From Candidatus Limnocylindria bacterium (GTDB lineage Bacteria > Chloroflexota > Limnocylindria > P2-11E), in assembly GCA_041496945.1 (NCBI GenBank), contig JBGQFO010000003.1, forward strand, positions 16,415-80,414: a DNA stretch of 64,000 nucleotides, read 5' to 3'. Positions 34,308 to 43,999 of this stretch are shown here, piece by piece. Under the pieces are notes generated by a model. The model was not told the DNA's origin and did no database searches. It was given only the letters and a program-made list of their open reading frames with translations. Made by a program: the position numbers and the translations under genes. Within the stretch, counting starts at the first letter, position 1, and the number at the start of each line of letters is the position of its first letter.

Positions 34308-35626
34308 GCGAGCTCCGGATCGCGCGCGAGACGCGTGATGCGCACGCGGCGGATCCGCTTGCCCTCCACCGTCTCGACGGTGAACCGCACGCTGCCCGCC
34401 TCGACCGACTCGCCGGCGCGCGGGAAGCGACCGAGCTGGTTGGTGATGAAGCCGCCGAGCGTCGCGTAATCCTCCGAGGGCTCGACGTCGATGTCGAAGG
34501 TCTCGCGCACGTCCTCGAACGGCACGCGCGCGTCCATCACCGCCTCGTTCTCCGACACCGGCAGCACCAGCTCCTGCTCGACGTCGTACTCATCGCGGAT
34601 CTCGCCCACGATCTCCTCGACCAGATCCTCGAGGGTGACGATGCCGGCGGTGCCGCCGTACTCGTCCACGACCACCGCGATGTGGACCTTGTCGCGCTGC
34701 ATCTCGCGCAGGAGGTCGTCGGCCTTCTTCGTCTCGGGCACGAAATGCGCGGCCCGGAGGAAGCGCCGGAGCTCGATGTCGCGATCGCCGCGCGCGAGCC
34801 GCCGGAACAGGTCCTTCACGTAGAGGATGCCGATGATGTCGTCTGCGGACCCCTCGTACACCGGCAGCCGGGAGTGGCCGACATGCGTGATCTGCTCCAG
34901 CACCTCGCTCGCCGGCGTGTTCACGTCCAGGGCGACGATGTCCGTCCGCGGGATCATCACCTCGCGGACCTGCTTGTCACCGAGCTCGAAGATCGACGAG
35001 ATCATCTCGCGCTCCCTCGGCTCGAGGATGCCCTGGGCCTGGCCGGTCGCGACCAGGGCGCGGATCTCCTCCTCGGTGACCAGCGTGCCGGCCTGCGCGT
35101 TCCCGCCGAACGGCTTCACCAGGATCTGCGTGAGGGCGAACAGCGCGGTGACGAGCGGGCGCGTGATCCAGGTGATGATCTCGAGCGGCCACACCAGCAC
35201 GAGCAGGACGCCCTGGGCGTGGCGGGCGGCGATGGCGCGCGGGACGAACAGGCCGAGCAGCACCGCAAGGAGCGAGAGGACGGCCACGGTCACGATCACC
35301 GCTGGCACGTCGCTGAAGATCGTCGTCGTGTCGATGCCGAAGAAGAACGCGAGCAGCGCCGAGAGGCGTGGCGCGATGAACGCGGCCGCGATACCGGCGT
35401 AGGCGAAGACGATGAGGAACTCGCTCACCTGGATCGCCGCGAGGTAGTGAGCGCTGCGCCGGCCCATCGTCCCGGCGCGCCGGCCCCGCCGGCCACGCCT
35501 CGCGAGCTCCTCGATCACCTCGGGCCGGCGGACCGTATGCAGTGCGGCCTCGGTGGCGGAGAGCACCGCGAGCAGGACCACCAGGGCCAGCTCGCTGAGC
35601 AGGAGCGTCAGGGCGGTGGCGTCCAT
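34304..35626 (-). CDS. Hemolysin-family/CNNM protein (DUF21-CBS pair-CorC_HlyC)
   Basis: Track ORF 34304..36070, with start at internal ATG 35626 ([23 protein letters not shown]), which overlaps the glmU stop by 1 nt. CBS region [12 protein letters not shown], and a C-terminal transporter-associated domain. Confidence 0.9.
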   Translation of the reverse strand: MDATALTLLLSELALVVLLAVLSATEAALHTVRRPEVIEELARRGRRGRRAGTMGRRSAHYLAAIQVSEFLIVFAYAGIAAAFIAPRLSALLAFFFGIDTTTIFSDVPAVIVTVAVLSLLAVLLGLFVPRAIAARHAQGVLLVLVWPLEIITWITRPLVTALFALTQILVKPFGGNAQAGTLVTEEEIRALVATGQAQGILEPREREMISSIFELGDKQVREVMIPRTDIVALDVNTPASEVLEQITHVGHSRLPVYEGSADDIIGILYVKDLFRRLARGDRDIELRRFLRAAHFVPETKKADDLLREMQRDKVHIAVVVDEYGGTAGIVTLEDLVEEIVGEIRDEYDVEQELVLPVSENEAVMDARVPFEDVRETFDIDVEPSEDYATLGGFITNQLGRFPRAGESVEAGSVRFTVETVEGKRIRRVRITRLARDPELA

Positions 35627-36987
35627 CAGCCCTTCTTCTCGGGCTTCTTCCGCGTGCGCATGCGCGCGGGCATCCCGATCCCGATGTGGTCGTCGGGGAC
35701 GTCCTTCGTGACCACCGCGCCCGCGCCGGTGGCGGCGTTCTTCCCCACCCTCACCGGTGCGCGCAGCAGCGTGTCCGACCCGATGAACGCGTCGTCGCCG
35801 ATCTCGGTCCGGTGCTTGTTCACACCGTCGAAATTCAGCGTGATCGTGCCGGCGCCGATGTTCACGCGCTTCCCGACCGAGGCGTCGCCGATGTACGAGA
35901 AGTGGTGCATCTTCGTGCCCGCGCCGATTCGCGCCGCCTTCACCTCGCCGAAGTTCCCGAGCTCCACGCCACGCTCGAGGTAGGCCCCCGGGCGCAGGTG
36001 GCCGTAGGGGCCGATCCGCACGTCGTCCTCGAGCGTCGCACCCTCGAGCACCGAGGCTTCGACGCGGCACCGCTCGCCGACCGTGGTGTCGCGCAGGATC
36101 GCGTACGGGCCGATGCGCGTGCCGGTGCCGACCTTCGTCGCGCCCTCAAGGATCGAGCCGCGCTCGACGATCACGTCCGGCGCGAGGACGACGTCGGCGT
36201 CCACGAGCGATGACTCGGGGTCGTGGAAGGTGACGCCCGCGAGCATGTGACGCTCGCGGATGCGGCGCCGCAGGACGTCCTCCACCGCCGCCAGCTCGAC
36301 GCGCGTGTTCACGCCGCGGCCCTCGTCGACATCGTTCGTGCGATACGCGACCACCGGCTTGCCCTCGTTCACCGCAAGCGCGACAAGATCGGTGAGGAAG
36401 ACCTCGCCCGTCTCGTTCGGCCGAAGGCGCGTGATCGCGGTCCGCAGCCAGGCGACGTCGGCCGCGTACGCGCCGAGGTTGGACTCCTTCATCGCACGTT
36501 CGGCCTCGGTCGCCAGCCGCGCCTCGACGACCTTCGACACATTGCCCGTCGCATCGCGCACGACACGGCCATACGCGTTCTTGGTCCCGACCTCGCCGGC
36601 GAGGAGCGCGAGCACGGCGGTGCCGGACGCGCGCAATGCCTCGAGACGGCGGAGCGTCTCGGCGGAGACCAGCGGCGTGTCGCCATAGACGATGAAGGCG
36701 GCGCCATCCTTGTCCGTCACGGCATCGAGCGCGACACGCACCGCGTCGCCCGTGCCGCGCGGCGGGTCCTGCATCGCGACGCGTGCGCCGTCGGCCAGCA
36801 GCGAACGAGCGGACGCGCTCTCCGGCGACAGCACGACGATCGGGCGCGCGCCCACTTCGGCCAGGCTCGCCAGCACGTGCGCCAGCAGCGGTCGGCCGGC
36901 CAGGGTGTGCATCACCTTCGGGGTCCGGGATCGCATCCGCGTGCCCAACCCCGCCGCGAGCACGATGCCCAGCGGCGCAGTGCTCAT
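35626..36987 (-). CDS. glmU: Bifunctional UDP-N-acetylglucosamine diphosphorylase / glucosamine-1-phosphate N-acetyltransferase
   Basis: 453 aa. N-terminus LGIVLAAGLGTRMRSRTPKVMHTLAGRPLL, followed by C-terminal left-handed beta-helix hexapeptide repeats. Confidence 0.96.
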   Translation of the reverse strand: MSTAPLGIVLAAGLGTRMRSRTPKVMHTLAGRPLLAHVLASLAEVGARPIVVLSPESASARSLLADGARVAMQDPPRGTGDAVRVALDAVTDKDGAAFIVYGDTPLVSAETLRRLEALRASGTAVLALLAGEVGTKNAYGRVVRDATGNVSKVVEARLATEAERAMKESNLGAYAADVAWLRTAITRLRPNETGEVFLTDLVALAVNEGKPVVAYRTNDVDEGRGVNTRVELAAVEDVLRRRIRERHMLAGVTFHDPESSLVDADVVLAPDVIVERGSILEGATKVGTGTRIGPYAILRDTTVGERCRVEASVLEGATLEDDVRIGPYGHLRPGAYLERGVELGNFGEVKAARIGAGTKMHHFSYIGDASVGKRVNIGAGTITLNFDGVNKHRTEIGDDAFIGSDTLLRAPVRVGKNAATGAGAVVTKDVPDDHIGIGMPARMRTRKKPEKKG

Positions 36988-37009
36988 CGGAGGGCAGCTA
37001 CGGGGCGGG

Positions 37010-37080
37010 TTGGGGCGCCAGGATTCGAACCTGGGATCGGGGATCCAAAGTCCCCTGCCTTACCACTTGGCCACGCCCCA
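37010..37080 (-). tRNA. tRNA-Gln(TTG): tRNA-Gln (anticodon TTG)
   Basis: Folded by hand: TGGGGCG-TG-GCCAAGTGGTAAGGCA-GGGGA-CTTTGGA-TCCCC-GATC-CCAGG-TTCGAAT-CCTGG-CGCCCCA-A. The D-arm resembles that of E. coli tRNA-Gln. CCA is not encoded. Confidence 0.9.
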
Positions 37081-37090
37081 GAGGACACGG

Positions 37091-37981
37091 TCAAAAGGAT
37101 AGGTGCTTGCCCCGTTCGCCGGCCTCGCCGGTCGTGTCCGCCATGATCTGCGCGCGACCGCGCAGGCCCGCCCTCCGCAGGATCCGCGCGATCCGCAGCG
37201 CATCGCCACGATCGTCCGCGACCGCAAAGAGCGTCGGGCCGCTGCCCGTGAGCGAGAGCGCGATGCCACGCGCGGCCGCCGTGGCGCGCCACGCGGCGAT
37301 CGCCTCGCAGTGCCGCTCCGCCGCGGCGAGCAGATCGTTGTGCGCGTGCTCGCGCAGCGTCTGGGGCGTGACCGCGCCGGCGCGGAACGCGGTCGCGAGC
37401 GCCTCCACCTGATCGGCATGGCCCATTTCATGGGCGCGGACATCGCCGAAGACCTCCGCGGTGCGCAGGCGGACCGGCGGACGCAGCACGACGACATGCA
37501 CCGGCTCGCGCGGCCCGGGCAGCGGCGTCACGACCTCACCGCGACCAGAAACGAGCGCAACCGCGGCGCCCGCCGCGAAGAAGGGCACGTCCGATCCGAC
37601 GCGCGCGGCGATGGCGACCAGGTCCGCCTCGATCCCCCACAGCGCGGCGAGCCCGCGCAGCACCGCGGCCGCGTCGCTCGAGCCGCCGCCAAGACCCGCG
37701 GCGATCGGGATGCGCTTACGGATCCGCACGAACGCGTGCGCCTCGCGCCCCGCTGCGGACGCGAGCACGCGCACCGCGAGCCCCGCGAGATCCTCACCCG
37801 GGCCGACGTCCATCGTGTTGCGCACCACCAGCGCTCGGTACGGCGCGACGCGCACGTCGTCCGCGAGGTCGAGCGTCGCGAACACGCTGACCAGGTCGTG
37901 ATATCCATCGGACCGCTTCCCGGTGACGGCGAGGGCGAGGTTCAGCTTCGCGGGCGCCGCGATGGTGATGGACCTACCCAT
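37091..37981 (-). CDS. ispE: 4-diphosphocytidyl-2-C-methyl-D-erythritol kinase
   Basis: Track ORF 37091..38116, with start at internal ATG 37981 (MGRSITIAAPAKLNLALAVTGKRSDGYHDL). GHMP kinase motif IPIAAGLGGGSSDAAA. Confidence 0.9.
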   Translation of the reverse strand: MGRSITIAAPAKLNLALAVTGKRSDGYHDLVSVFATLDLADDVRVAPYRALVVRNTMDVGPGEDLAGLAVRVLASAAGREAHAFVRIRKRIPIAAGLGGGSSDAAAVLRGLAALWGIEADLVAIAARVGSDVPFFAAGAAVALVSGRGEVVTPLPGPREPVHVVVLRPPVRLRTAEVFGDVRAHEMGHADQVEALATAFRAGAVTPQTLREHAHNDLLAAAERHCEAIAAWRATAAARGIALSLTGSGPTLFAVADDRGDALRIARILRRAGLRGRAQIMADTTGEAGERGKHLSF

Positions 37982-38834
37982 GCGGGACGCCGACCTCGCG
38001 CGCGAGCGCGGTCCACTCCGCGAGGGCGAGCTCCTCGGGCCGACGCCGCGGATCGATCGACGCCGCGGCGAGCGCGCGTTCCGCGCGGTCGCGCTCGACG
38101 CCCGCCTCGTGACCAAGCGCGCTGCGGAGCTGCTTGCGCCGGTGACGGAAGACGTCGCTCACGAAACGGAGGAAGGCCCGTTGATCGAGCGGCGCGAACG
38201 CCGGCATCGCGCGCGTGCGGAGGACGACGACGGCCGACGAGACGCGCGGCGCGGGACGGAAGGCGCGCGGTGGCACGCGCCGGACGATGCGGCCCTCGGC
38301 GAACGACTGCACGAACACCGAGAGGAAGCCGCGCTCGCGTGGCGCCCGCTCGTTGCTCTCGGACGCGACCATGCGCCGCGCCACCTCCTCCTGCACCAGG
38401 ACGACGACGAGCGGTGGCCGGCGTGGGTCGGCGAGGAAGCGCTCGAGGAGCGGCGTGGTGATCTGGTATGGCAGGTTCGCGACGATGCGTGTGGGCGGTC
38501 GCTCGCCGAGGGTGAAGAGGTCGACGTCGAGGGCGTCGGCCCGCACGATCTGGACGTTCGACCGCTGGCCCAACGTGTCGCGCAGGACGGCGACCATGCG
38601 CTCGTCGACCTCCACCGTCGTGACGAAACGCGCGCGATCGGCGAGCGCGGCGGTGAGGACGCCGGGGCCCGGGCCGATCTCGAGGACGTCGTCCGTGGCA
38701 CTGAGCTCGGCCGCGTCGACGATCGCCGCGAGGACGCCGCGGTCGACGAGGAAGCGCTGACCGAGGCGCGTCGCCGCGCGGACGCCGTGACGGCGGAGGA
38801 CGCCGGCGAGCTCGCGCGGATCGGCGAGGTCCAT
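37974..38834 (-). CDS. rsmA: 16S rRNA (adenine1518/1519-N6)-dimethyltransferase
   Basis: 286 aa. Contains LGQRFLVD...VLEIGPGPGVLT...IVANLPYQITTP. Confidence 0.93.
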   Translation of the reverse strand: MDLADPRELAGVLRRHGVRAATRLGQRFLVDRGVLAAIVDAAELSATDDVLEIGPGPGVLTAALADRARFVTTVEVDERMVAVLRDTLGQRSNVQIVRADALDVDLFTLGERPPTRIVANLPYQITTPLLERFLADPRRPPLVVVLVQEEVARRMVASESNERAPRERGFLSVFVQSFAEGRIVRRVPPRAFRPAPRVSSAVVVLRTRAMPAFAPLDQRAFLRFVSDVFRHRRKQLRSALGHEAGVERDRAERALAAASIDPRRRPEELALAEWTALAREVGVPHG

Positions 38835-38864
38835 GTCGCGAAGCCTAGTCGGCGCGGTCGCGCG

Positions 38865-39767
38865 CTATTTACACACCCACTGCCGGGCCTGCTGATTCGC
38901 GAACATGTACGCGGCGACGTTCGCGTTGGCGACCGGGTCGAACACGCTCGCGCCGCCGTAGCCCGCGCGCACGCTGTTCGCGGCCCAGGTGCCCGGCTTG
39001 AACTGGAACAGCCCCGAGGTGCTCGAGGACGCGTTGTAGGCGGAGGGGTTGTACCGGCTCTCGCACCACGCCACACGCAGGAGCTGATCGGCGTCGGCGT
39101 TCCATTCCGCGGCCGCCGAGCGGATGATCGCTTCGATCTCCGAGGGGACGGGCGGCGGGCGCGTGCCGACGTGCCGTACCTCGGCCACCGGCGCCGCCAC
39201 CTCCGCGCTCGACACAAGGAGTCGCTCGACCTCGGCCCCGTCGATGGAGCGGACCAGGTAGGTGTTGAGCGACAGGCCCGGGATGCCCGCGGTGACCACG
39301 AACGTGCGTCCGGCGATGAGCGCCGGGTCGGCGACCGTCGTCACGGGGAAGGCGGTCGCCTCGGCCACCGCGGTCTCGGACTCGGACACGCGCTGCACGC
39401 GGATGACGTCGCCGGGCACGATCGTGCCGTCCGGGCGGGCGGCGATCACGCGGTCCAGCGTGCCCAGGCGCACGCCGGCCAGGTCGAGGGCCTCCGCGAC
39501 CGAGGCGCCCCGGGGCGCCCGGACGCTCACCGCGGCGGCACCGTCCACGACGGTCAGGGGCACGCCCAGGCCGAGGACCAGCGTCCGGCCGGAGGGGCCG
39601 TCGCGCGTCCAGGGGACCGTGGCGCTCCCGGCCGCGCGGCTCCCGGCGACCAGGCCGCGCCCAAGAGTCTCGGCCCGCGACGCGCCGTCGGGGGCGGCGG
39701 AGGAAGCGCCGCCGGCGCTCGCGACCGACGCCAGCTGCAGGCATCCGCCGAGCACGACGAAGGTCAC
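38865..39767 (-). CDS. RpfB-like secreted cell-wall lytic transglycosylase (DUF348/G5-like region plus C-terminal transglycosylase domain)
   Basis: 300 aa. C-terminus WCESRYNPSAYNASSSTSGLFQFKPGTWAAN. Its position next to rsmA-ispE mirrors the mycobacterial rpfB-ksgA-ispE order. The N-terminus is uncertain (see finding). Confidence 0.8.
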   Translation of the reverse strand: MTFVVLGGCLQLASVASAGGASSAAPDGASRAETLGRGLVAGSRAAGSATVPWTRDGPSGRTLVLGLGVPLTVVDGAAAVSVRAPRGASVAEALDLAGVRLGTLDRVIAARPDGTIVPGDVIRVQRVSESETAVAEATAFPVTTVADPALIAGRTFVVTAGIPGLSLNTYLVRSIDGAEVERLLVSSAEVAAPVAEVRHVGTRPPPVPSEIEAIIRSAAAEWNADADQLLRVAWCESRYNPSAYNASSSTSGLFQFKPGTWAANSVRAGYGGASVFDPVANANVAAYMFANQQARQWVCK

Positions 39768-39948
39768 AAGGGCGAGCAGCGGGAGCCGAAGCGCATGGGC
39801 GACAGGGGATCCCTGCAGGTCCGTACCTCCATGTCCCTCGATTCGCGAGCGGGCAGGAAGCAGCCCTGGGTCTAAAAGAGGGGAACGCCTTCGATGCTAG
39901 AGGACCGGACCGGGTCCGTCGACGCTTTGAGCCCCGAACGTCGTCCGC

Positions 39949-40869
39949 TTATCGGTCAGGCGGCGTCCACCCCAGCGTTTTCAGGTGTTCTCGGGCCGCC
40001 GGGGCGATGTCGTCCCGCCCCAGGGCCGCGTCCAGGAACGCCGTCACGTACCCGAGCTTGTCCCCGGTGTCGTAGCGGTGGCCCTGCAGCTCGACCGCCC
40101 AGACCGGCGCGCCTTCGCGCGCGAGCTCGGCGATGGCGTCGGTGAGCCAGATCTCGCCGTCCTTGCCGGGCTTCAGCTTCGCCAGGACGTCGAAGATCTC
40201 CGGCTCGAGGACGTAGCCGTGCACCGCGGCGAGGTCGCTCGGAGCGTTCTCGGGGTCGGGCTTCTCGACCACGGCGATGACCCGGGTGGTGTCGTCGTCG
40301 ACCTTGGTGCCCGACACGATCCCGTAGCGACGGACGTCCTGCTTCGGTACCCGGACGCAGCCGACCACGCTGCCGCCGCCGAGGCGCTCCCTGGCCTTGA
40401 TGAGCTGGCCGACGGCGGGTTCGCGCGCCAGCATGAGGTCGTCGCCCCAGAGCATCGCGAAGGGCTCGGTCCCCACCAGCTCCCTGGCCATCAGCACGGC
40501 GTGGCCGTTGCCTTTCGGCTCGGCCTGCACCACCGACCGGACCTGGGCCAGCCGCTCGGGGCGGTGCAGGAGCTCGAGCTCGTGCGTCCGGAGGTCCCGC
40601 TTGAGCCGAGCCTCGATCGTCGGGTTGGGGCGGAAGTAGCTCTCGATCGACTCTTTGCCCGGGCCGACCACGATGACCACCCGCTCGACGCCGGAGGCGG
40701 CCAGCTCGGAGACCACGAGCTCGATGACCGCCGTGTCGACGATCGGGAGGAGCTCCTTCGGCACGGTGCGCGTGATCGGGAGGAACCGCGTGCCCAGACC
40801 CGCGGCCGGGACGACGCCGTACCGCACCGGCTTGATCTGCGCCGCGTCCGCGTCGTGCGTGTGGGTCAA
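39949..40869 (-). CDS. galU: UTP--glucose-1-phosphate uridylyltransferase
   Basis: 306 aa. Contains YGVVPAAGLGTRFLPITRTVPKELLPIVD. Confidence 0.93.
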   Translation of the reverse strand: MTHTHDADAAQIKPVRYGVVPAAGLGTRFLPITRTVPKELLPIVDTAVIELVVSELAASGVERVVIVVGPGKESIESYFRPNPTIEARLKRDLRTHELELLHRPERLAQVRSVVQAEPKGNGHAVLMARELVGTEPFAMLWGDDLMLAREPAVGQLIKARERLGGGSVVGCVRVPKQDVRRYGIVSGTKVDDDTTRVIAVVEKPDPENAPSDLAAVHGYVLEPEIFDVLAKLKPGKDGEIWLTDAIAELAREGAPVWAVELQGHRYDTGDKLGYVTAFLDAALGRDDIAPAAREHLKTLGWTPPDR

Positions 40870-42830
40870 CGCTTCTCCACCACGACCTCGAACGGCACGG
40901 GCTGGGTCGTGCGGACCGCGAGCCCGGTCACGGCGAGCAGCGGCGGGCGACGGTCACCCGTGGTGTCCACGTCGAGCTGCACGGTGCCGCCGTCGACGAG
41001 CTTGCGCACGACGGTCGCGCCGCGGTCGGTGAAGCGCAGAAGCTGCACGACGTACCGCTGCGCCACGAAGTTCGTCGAGCGGACGAACCCGTCCGCCTGC
41101 CATGCGCCGGCCGCAGTCTCGGCGTCGTCGCTGAAGACGCCCGGGATCTCGATGTCGTCGAGCGCCATGCCGTGCAGGGACAGCGCGCCGTCGGTCACGT
41201 ACTCGAAGCGCAGCTGGATCTGCTTCCCCGCGTAGGCCGAGAGGTCGGCCACCTGGCGGATCCAGACCGGCTTGTCGCCGCCCGAGGTGCCGGTGTACCC
41301 ATTCCCGAGGTTCTGGCCGTTCGGGTCGTCGGTCGTGGTCGCCGATGTCGGCAGCGTCTTCCAGTGCGCGCCGCCGTCGGTCGAGACGGCCACGTAGCCG
41401 TAGTCGTAGTCCTTCTCGATCTCGAACCAGCTCCAGAACGAGAGCGTCGTCTGCGCGGCCTTGCCCAGATCGACCGTGCGCGTGAGACGGCTGTCCAATC
41501 CGTCGGCCCGATCGGACCACCACAGCGCCGCCCCCGAGTGCGGATCGGTCGGCAGCAGCTTCGTCTGGACGCCGCCGCTGAACTTCACGCTCATCGCCGC
41601 GCGTGGGAGCTCGACGTACCGGGCCGCGTACTCGTGCACGGTCGACGCGAGCTTGCCGCCCGACGTGACCCGATCCTGCGAGGCCGCGGTCGCGGGATTG
41701 CGCGCGACGAGGCCGCTCGGATACGCGGTCGCGGGATCGACGGATTGCGAGCCGATGAAAGCGTTCGCGGCGACGAAGTCCGCGTAGAGGTCGTCGAGCC
41801 CCTTCTGCCCGCGAGAGCGCAACACCGCGTCCATGTCCGCGGGTGTATCGATCCCGTGGTCGATGAACGCGTTGATGAGCGCATCGCCACCCGCCTGTTG
41901 CCGGAGGAACTCGAGGAACAGATACGCCTGCCCGTAGTAGGCCTGCGACTGCTCGAGGTCCGGCCAATCGTTCAGCTGCGTGTCCGGAAGCTGCAGGAAC
42001 GTCTGGGCATGGCCGACGCTGAAGCCGTTGGCCGCCTCGCACAGCTGCGCGTGTCCCTCGTTGAACCACACCGCTGATCGCTTCTGACGGCCGTACTCGA
42101 TCATGTGGCAGAACTCGTGCGCCACGATCGAGTTGAGGTACGTGGTACCGGCGCGCGCCGCGAGGGAGTTCACATAGACCATCTCGCGCTCGGCGCTGTA
42201 CTCATTCACCCACAGCGGAAGCTCGTCCGATGACGAGAAGTAGCCCGCGGCCGCGCCGGGGATGCGTGCGACGAGGACGTTGATGCGCGGGTCGCTGTCG
42301 ATGCCCGGCGACCACTCGGAGCCATACAGCCTGCGATCGGTCGGGTAGACGTTGGACTCGAAGAAGCTCGCGTTCTGGCGGAGCGCGGTCACGTCGACGG
42401 TGACGTCGTCTTGGACCCACCACTTGGCGTGGTCCGTCACGATCCGCAGCGTCGCCGTGATCTTCAGGTTCTTCTTCGCCGCGAAGTCGTAGGTCCAGAA
42501 CGGCTGCGACAGGCCGATGTCGTCGGCCGGCGGCGTCGACCGGACCGGCAGGAGCGCCGTGGCCGGCTGGCCGTCGCGGCCACGCATACGGCGGGTGAGG
42601 TCGAAGATGTCGGCGAGCGGCAGCGGGTTGGCGAGGAGCGCCTGGCTCATATCCGGCAGCGCCGGCGCGCGCGAGCCGCTCGGCAGGACCGTGGCCGCGG
42701 GAGACGCGGAGAGCTCGGGCGACGGCGACGCCGTGACCGGCGGTGGCGTGCAGGCGGCCGCGATGACGAGCGCGACGGCGAGCCCCGCCAGGTGGCGCGC
42801 GAGGGCGGAGCGAAGCGGCGTGGTGATCAT
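40866..42830 (-). CDS. Secreted (lipo)protein zinc metalloprotease, HExxH type
   Basis: 654 aa. Signal LAGLAVALVIAAAC. Zinc site IVAHEFCHMIEYG...NEGHAQ. C-terminal beta-sandwich-like domain (YGYVAVSTDGGAHWKTL...IQLRFEYVTDG) resembles M6/InhA-type proteases. 4-nt overlaps with alr and galU. Confidence 0.8.
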   Translation of the reverse strand: MITTPLRSALARHLAGLAVALVIAAACTPPPVTASPSPELSASPAATVLPSGSRAPALPDMSQALLANPLPLADIFDLTRRMRGRDGQPATALLPVRSTPPADDIGLSQPFWTYDFAAKKNLKITATLRIVTDHAKWWVQDDVTVDVTALRQNASFFESNVYPTDRRLYGSEWSPGIDSDPRINVLVARIPGAAAGYFSSSDELPLWVNEYSAEREMVYVNSLAARAGTTYLNSIVAHEFCHMIEYGRQKRSAVWFNEGHAQLCEAANGFSVGHAQTFLQLPDTQLNDWPDLEQSQAYYGQAYLFLEFLRQQAGGDALINAFIDHGIDTPADMDAVLRSRGQKGLDDLYADFVAANAFIGSQSVDPATAYPSGLVARNPATAASQDRVTSGGKLASTVHEYAARYVELPRAAMSVKFSGGVQTKLLPTDPHSGAALWWSDRADGLDSRLTRTVDLGKAAQTTLSFWSWFEIEKDYDYGYVAVSTDGGAHWKTLPTSATTTDDPNGQNLGNGYTGTSGGDKPVWIRQVADLSAYAGKQIQLRFEYVTDGALSLHGMALDDIEIPGVFSDDAETAAGAWQADGFVRSTNFVAQRYVVQLLRFTDRGATVVRKLVDGGTVQLDVDTTGDRRPPLLAVTGLAVRTTQPVPFEVVVEKR

Positions 42831-43999
42831 CTCCTCATGTACCCGTCGACCATAGTGCGCTGGGCCACGACGCGGCCGCCGCGGTGATAGCGGCGCGGCA
42901 CCCGGCGGCGGATGCCCGTCACGATCTCGTAGTTGATCGTGGACGCGGCGCCGGCGAGGTCCTCGGCGCTCTGGCGGACCGAGCCCTGTTCGCCGATGAG
43001 CACGACCTCGTCTCCCTCCACCACCTCCGGCACCTCCGTGACGTCGAGCATGACGAGGTCCATGCAGATCCGTCCGGCGAATGGGATCGCCCGGCCGTGC
43101 ACGAGCACGCGACCGCGCTTCCGCAGCGACCGCGGAAGACCGTCGCCATACCCCACCGGGACCGTCGCGATCCGCCCATCCCGCGGCAGCCGGTACTCAT
43201 GGCCGTACGACACGCCGGTGCCGGCCTTCGCCGCCGCGACGCGCAGCACCCGCGATCGCCATTGCAGCGCCGGACGGAGCGTGAGCGAGGCGGCGAGGTG
43301 ACTCGCGGCGGGCAGTCCGTAGAGCGCGAGCCCCGGTCGGATCGCGGTGCACCCCGGGATCGCGCCGAAGACGGCGACGCCGGCGCTCGCCGCGGCATGC
43401 ACCCAGCGCGGTGGCTCGCTCAGCGCGCGCAGCACCTCGGCGAACCGCGCGAGCTGCGCGCGATCGTTCGTGACGTCGGGCTCGTCCGCGGTCGCGAGGT
43501 GCGTGAAGAGACCGTCGACCTCCAGGTGCCGCAATTCGCGCACGGCCTTCAGGCGAGCCACGGCTTCGGCGAACGGCGCGCCGAGCCGCGTCAGCCCGGT
43601 GTCGACCTTGAAGTGGACGGCCGCACGCCGACCGAGCGCCGCGGCGACGTCGTCCACGAGGCGCGCCTGTTCGACGCTCCAGACCACCAGAGCGCAGTCC
43701 GCCGCGACCGCGGCCTCGGCCTCGGCCCGATCGCTCGCCCCGAGCAGCACGAGGGCCGGGGCGCGGACCCCGACCGCGCGGATCGAGAGCGCCTCTTCGA
43801 CCGTGACCACTGCGAGCATCGCCGCGCCGGCCTCGGCCAACGTCTCGGAGACCGCCTCGACCCCGTGGCCGTACGCGTCCGCCTTCACGACCGCGATGAC
43901 CTCGGCCTTCGCGCGCTCGCGCACCGCGGCGTAGTTCGCGGCGATCGCGTCGAGATCGACGTCGACGATCGTGCTGCGGAGGGGCGTGGGCATGCTCAT
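42827..43999 (-). CDS. alr: Alanine racemase
   Basis: C-terminal 390 aa of track ORF 42827..45223, with start at ATG 43999 (an ATGA overlap with the nnr stop). PLP site VIAVVKADAYGHG. Confidence 0.95.
   Translation of the reverse strand: MSMPTPLRSTIVDVDLDAIAANYAAVRERAKAEVIAVVKADAYGHGVEAVSETLAEAGAAMLAVVTVEEALSIRAVGVRAPALVLLGASDRAEAEAAVAADCALVVWSVEQARLVDDVAAALGRRAAVHFKVDTGLTRLGAPFAEAVARLKAVRELRHLEVDGLFTHLATADEPDVTNDRAQLARFAEVLRALSEPPRWVHAAASAGVAVFGAIPGCTAIRPGLALYGLPAASHLAASLTLRPALQWRSRVLRVAAAKAGTGVSYGHEYRLPRDGRIATVPVGYGDGLPRSLRKRGRVLVHGRAIPFAGRICMDLVMLDVTEVPEVVEGDEVVLIGEQGSVRQSAEDLAGAASTINYEIVTGIRRRVPRRYHRGGRVVAQRTMVDGYMRR

Noticed and set aside
39768-39948. c-di-AMP (ydaO-type) riboswitch in the leader of the Rpf-like gene
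   Set aside because: The idea is attractive because a cdaA operon is nearby and Rpf genes carry this riboswitch in some Actinomycetota. However, I could not find the conserved core motifs in the correct (minus) orientation by eye. An Rfam RF00379 covariance-model scan is needed before any claim.
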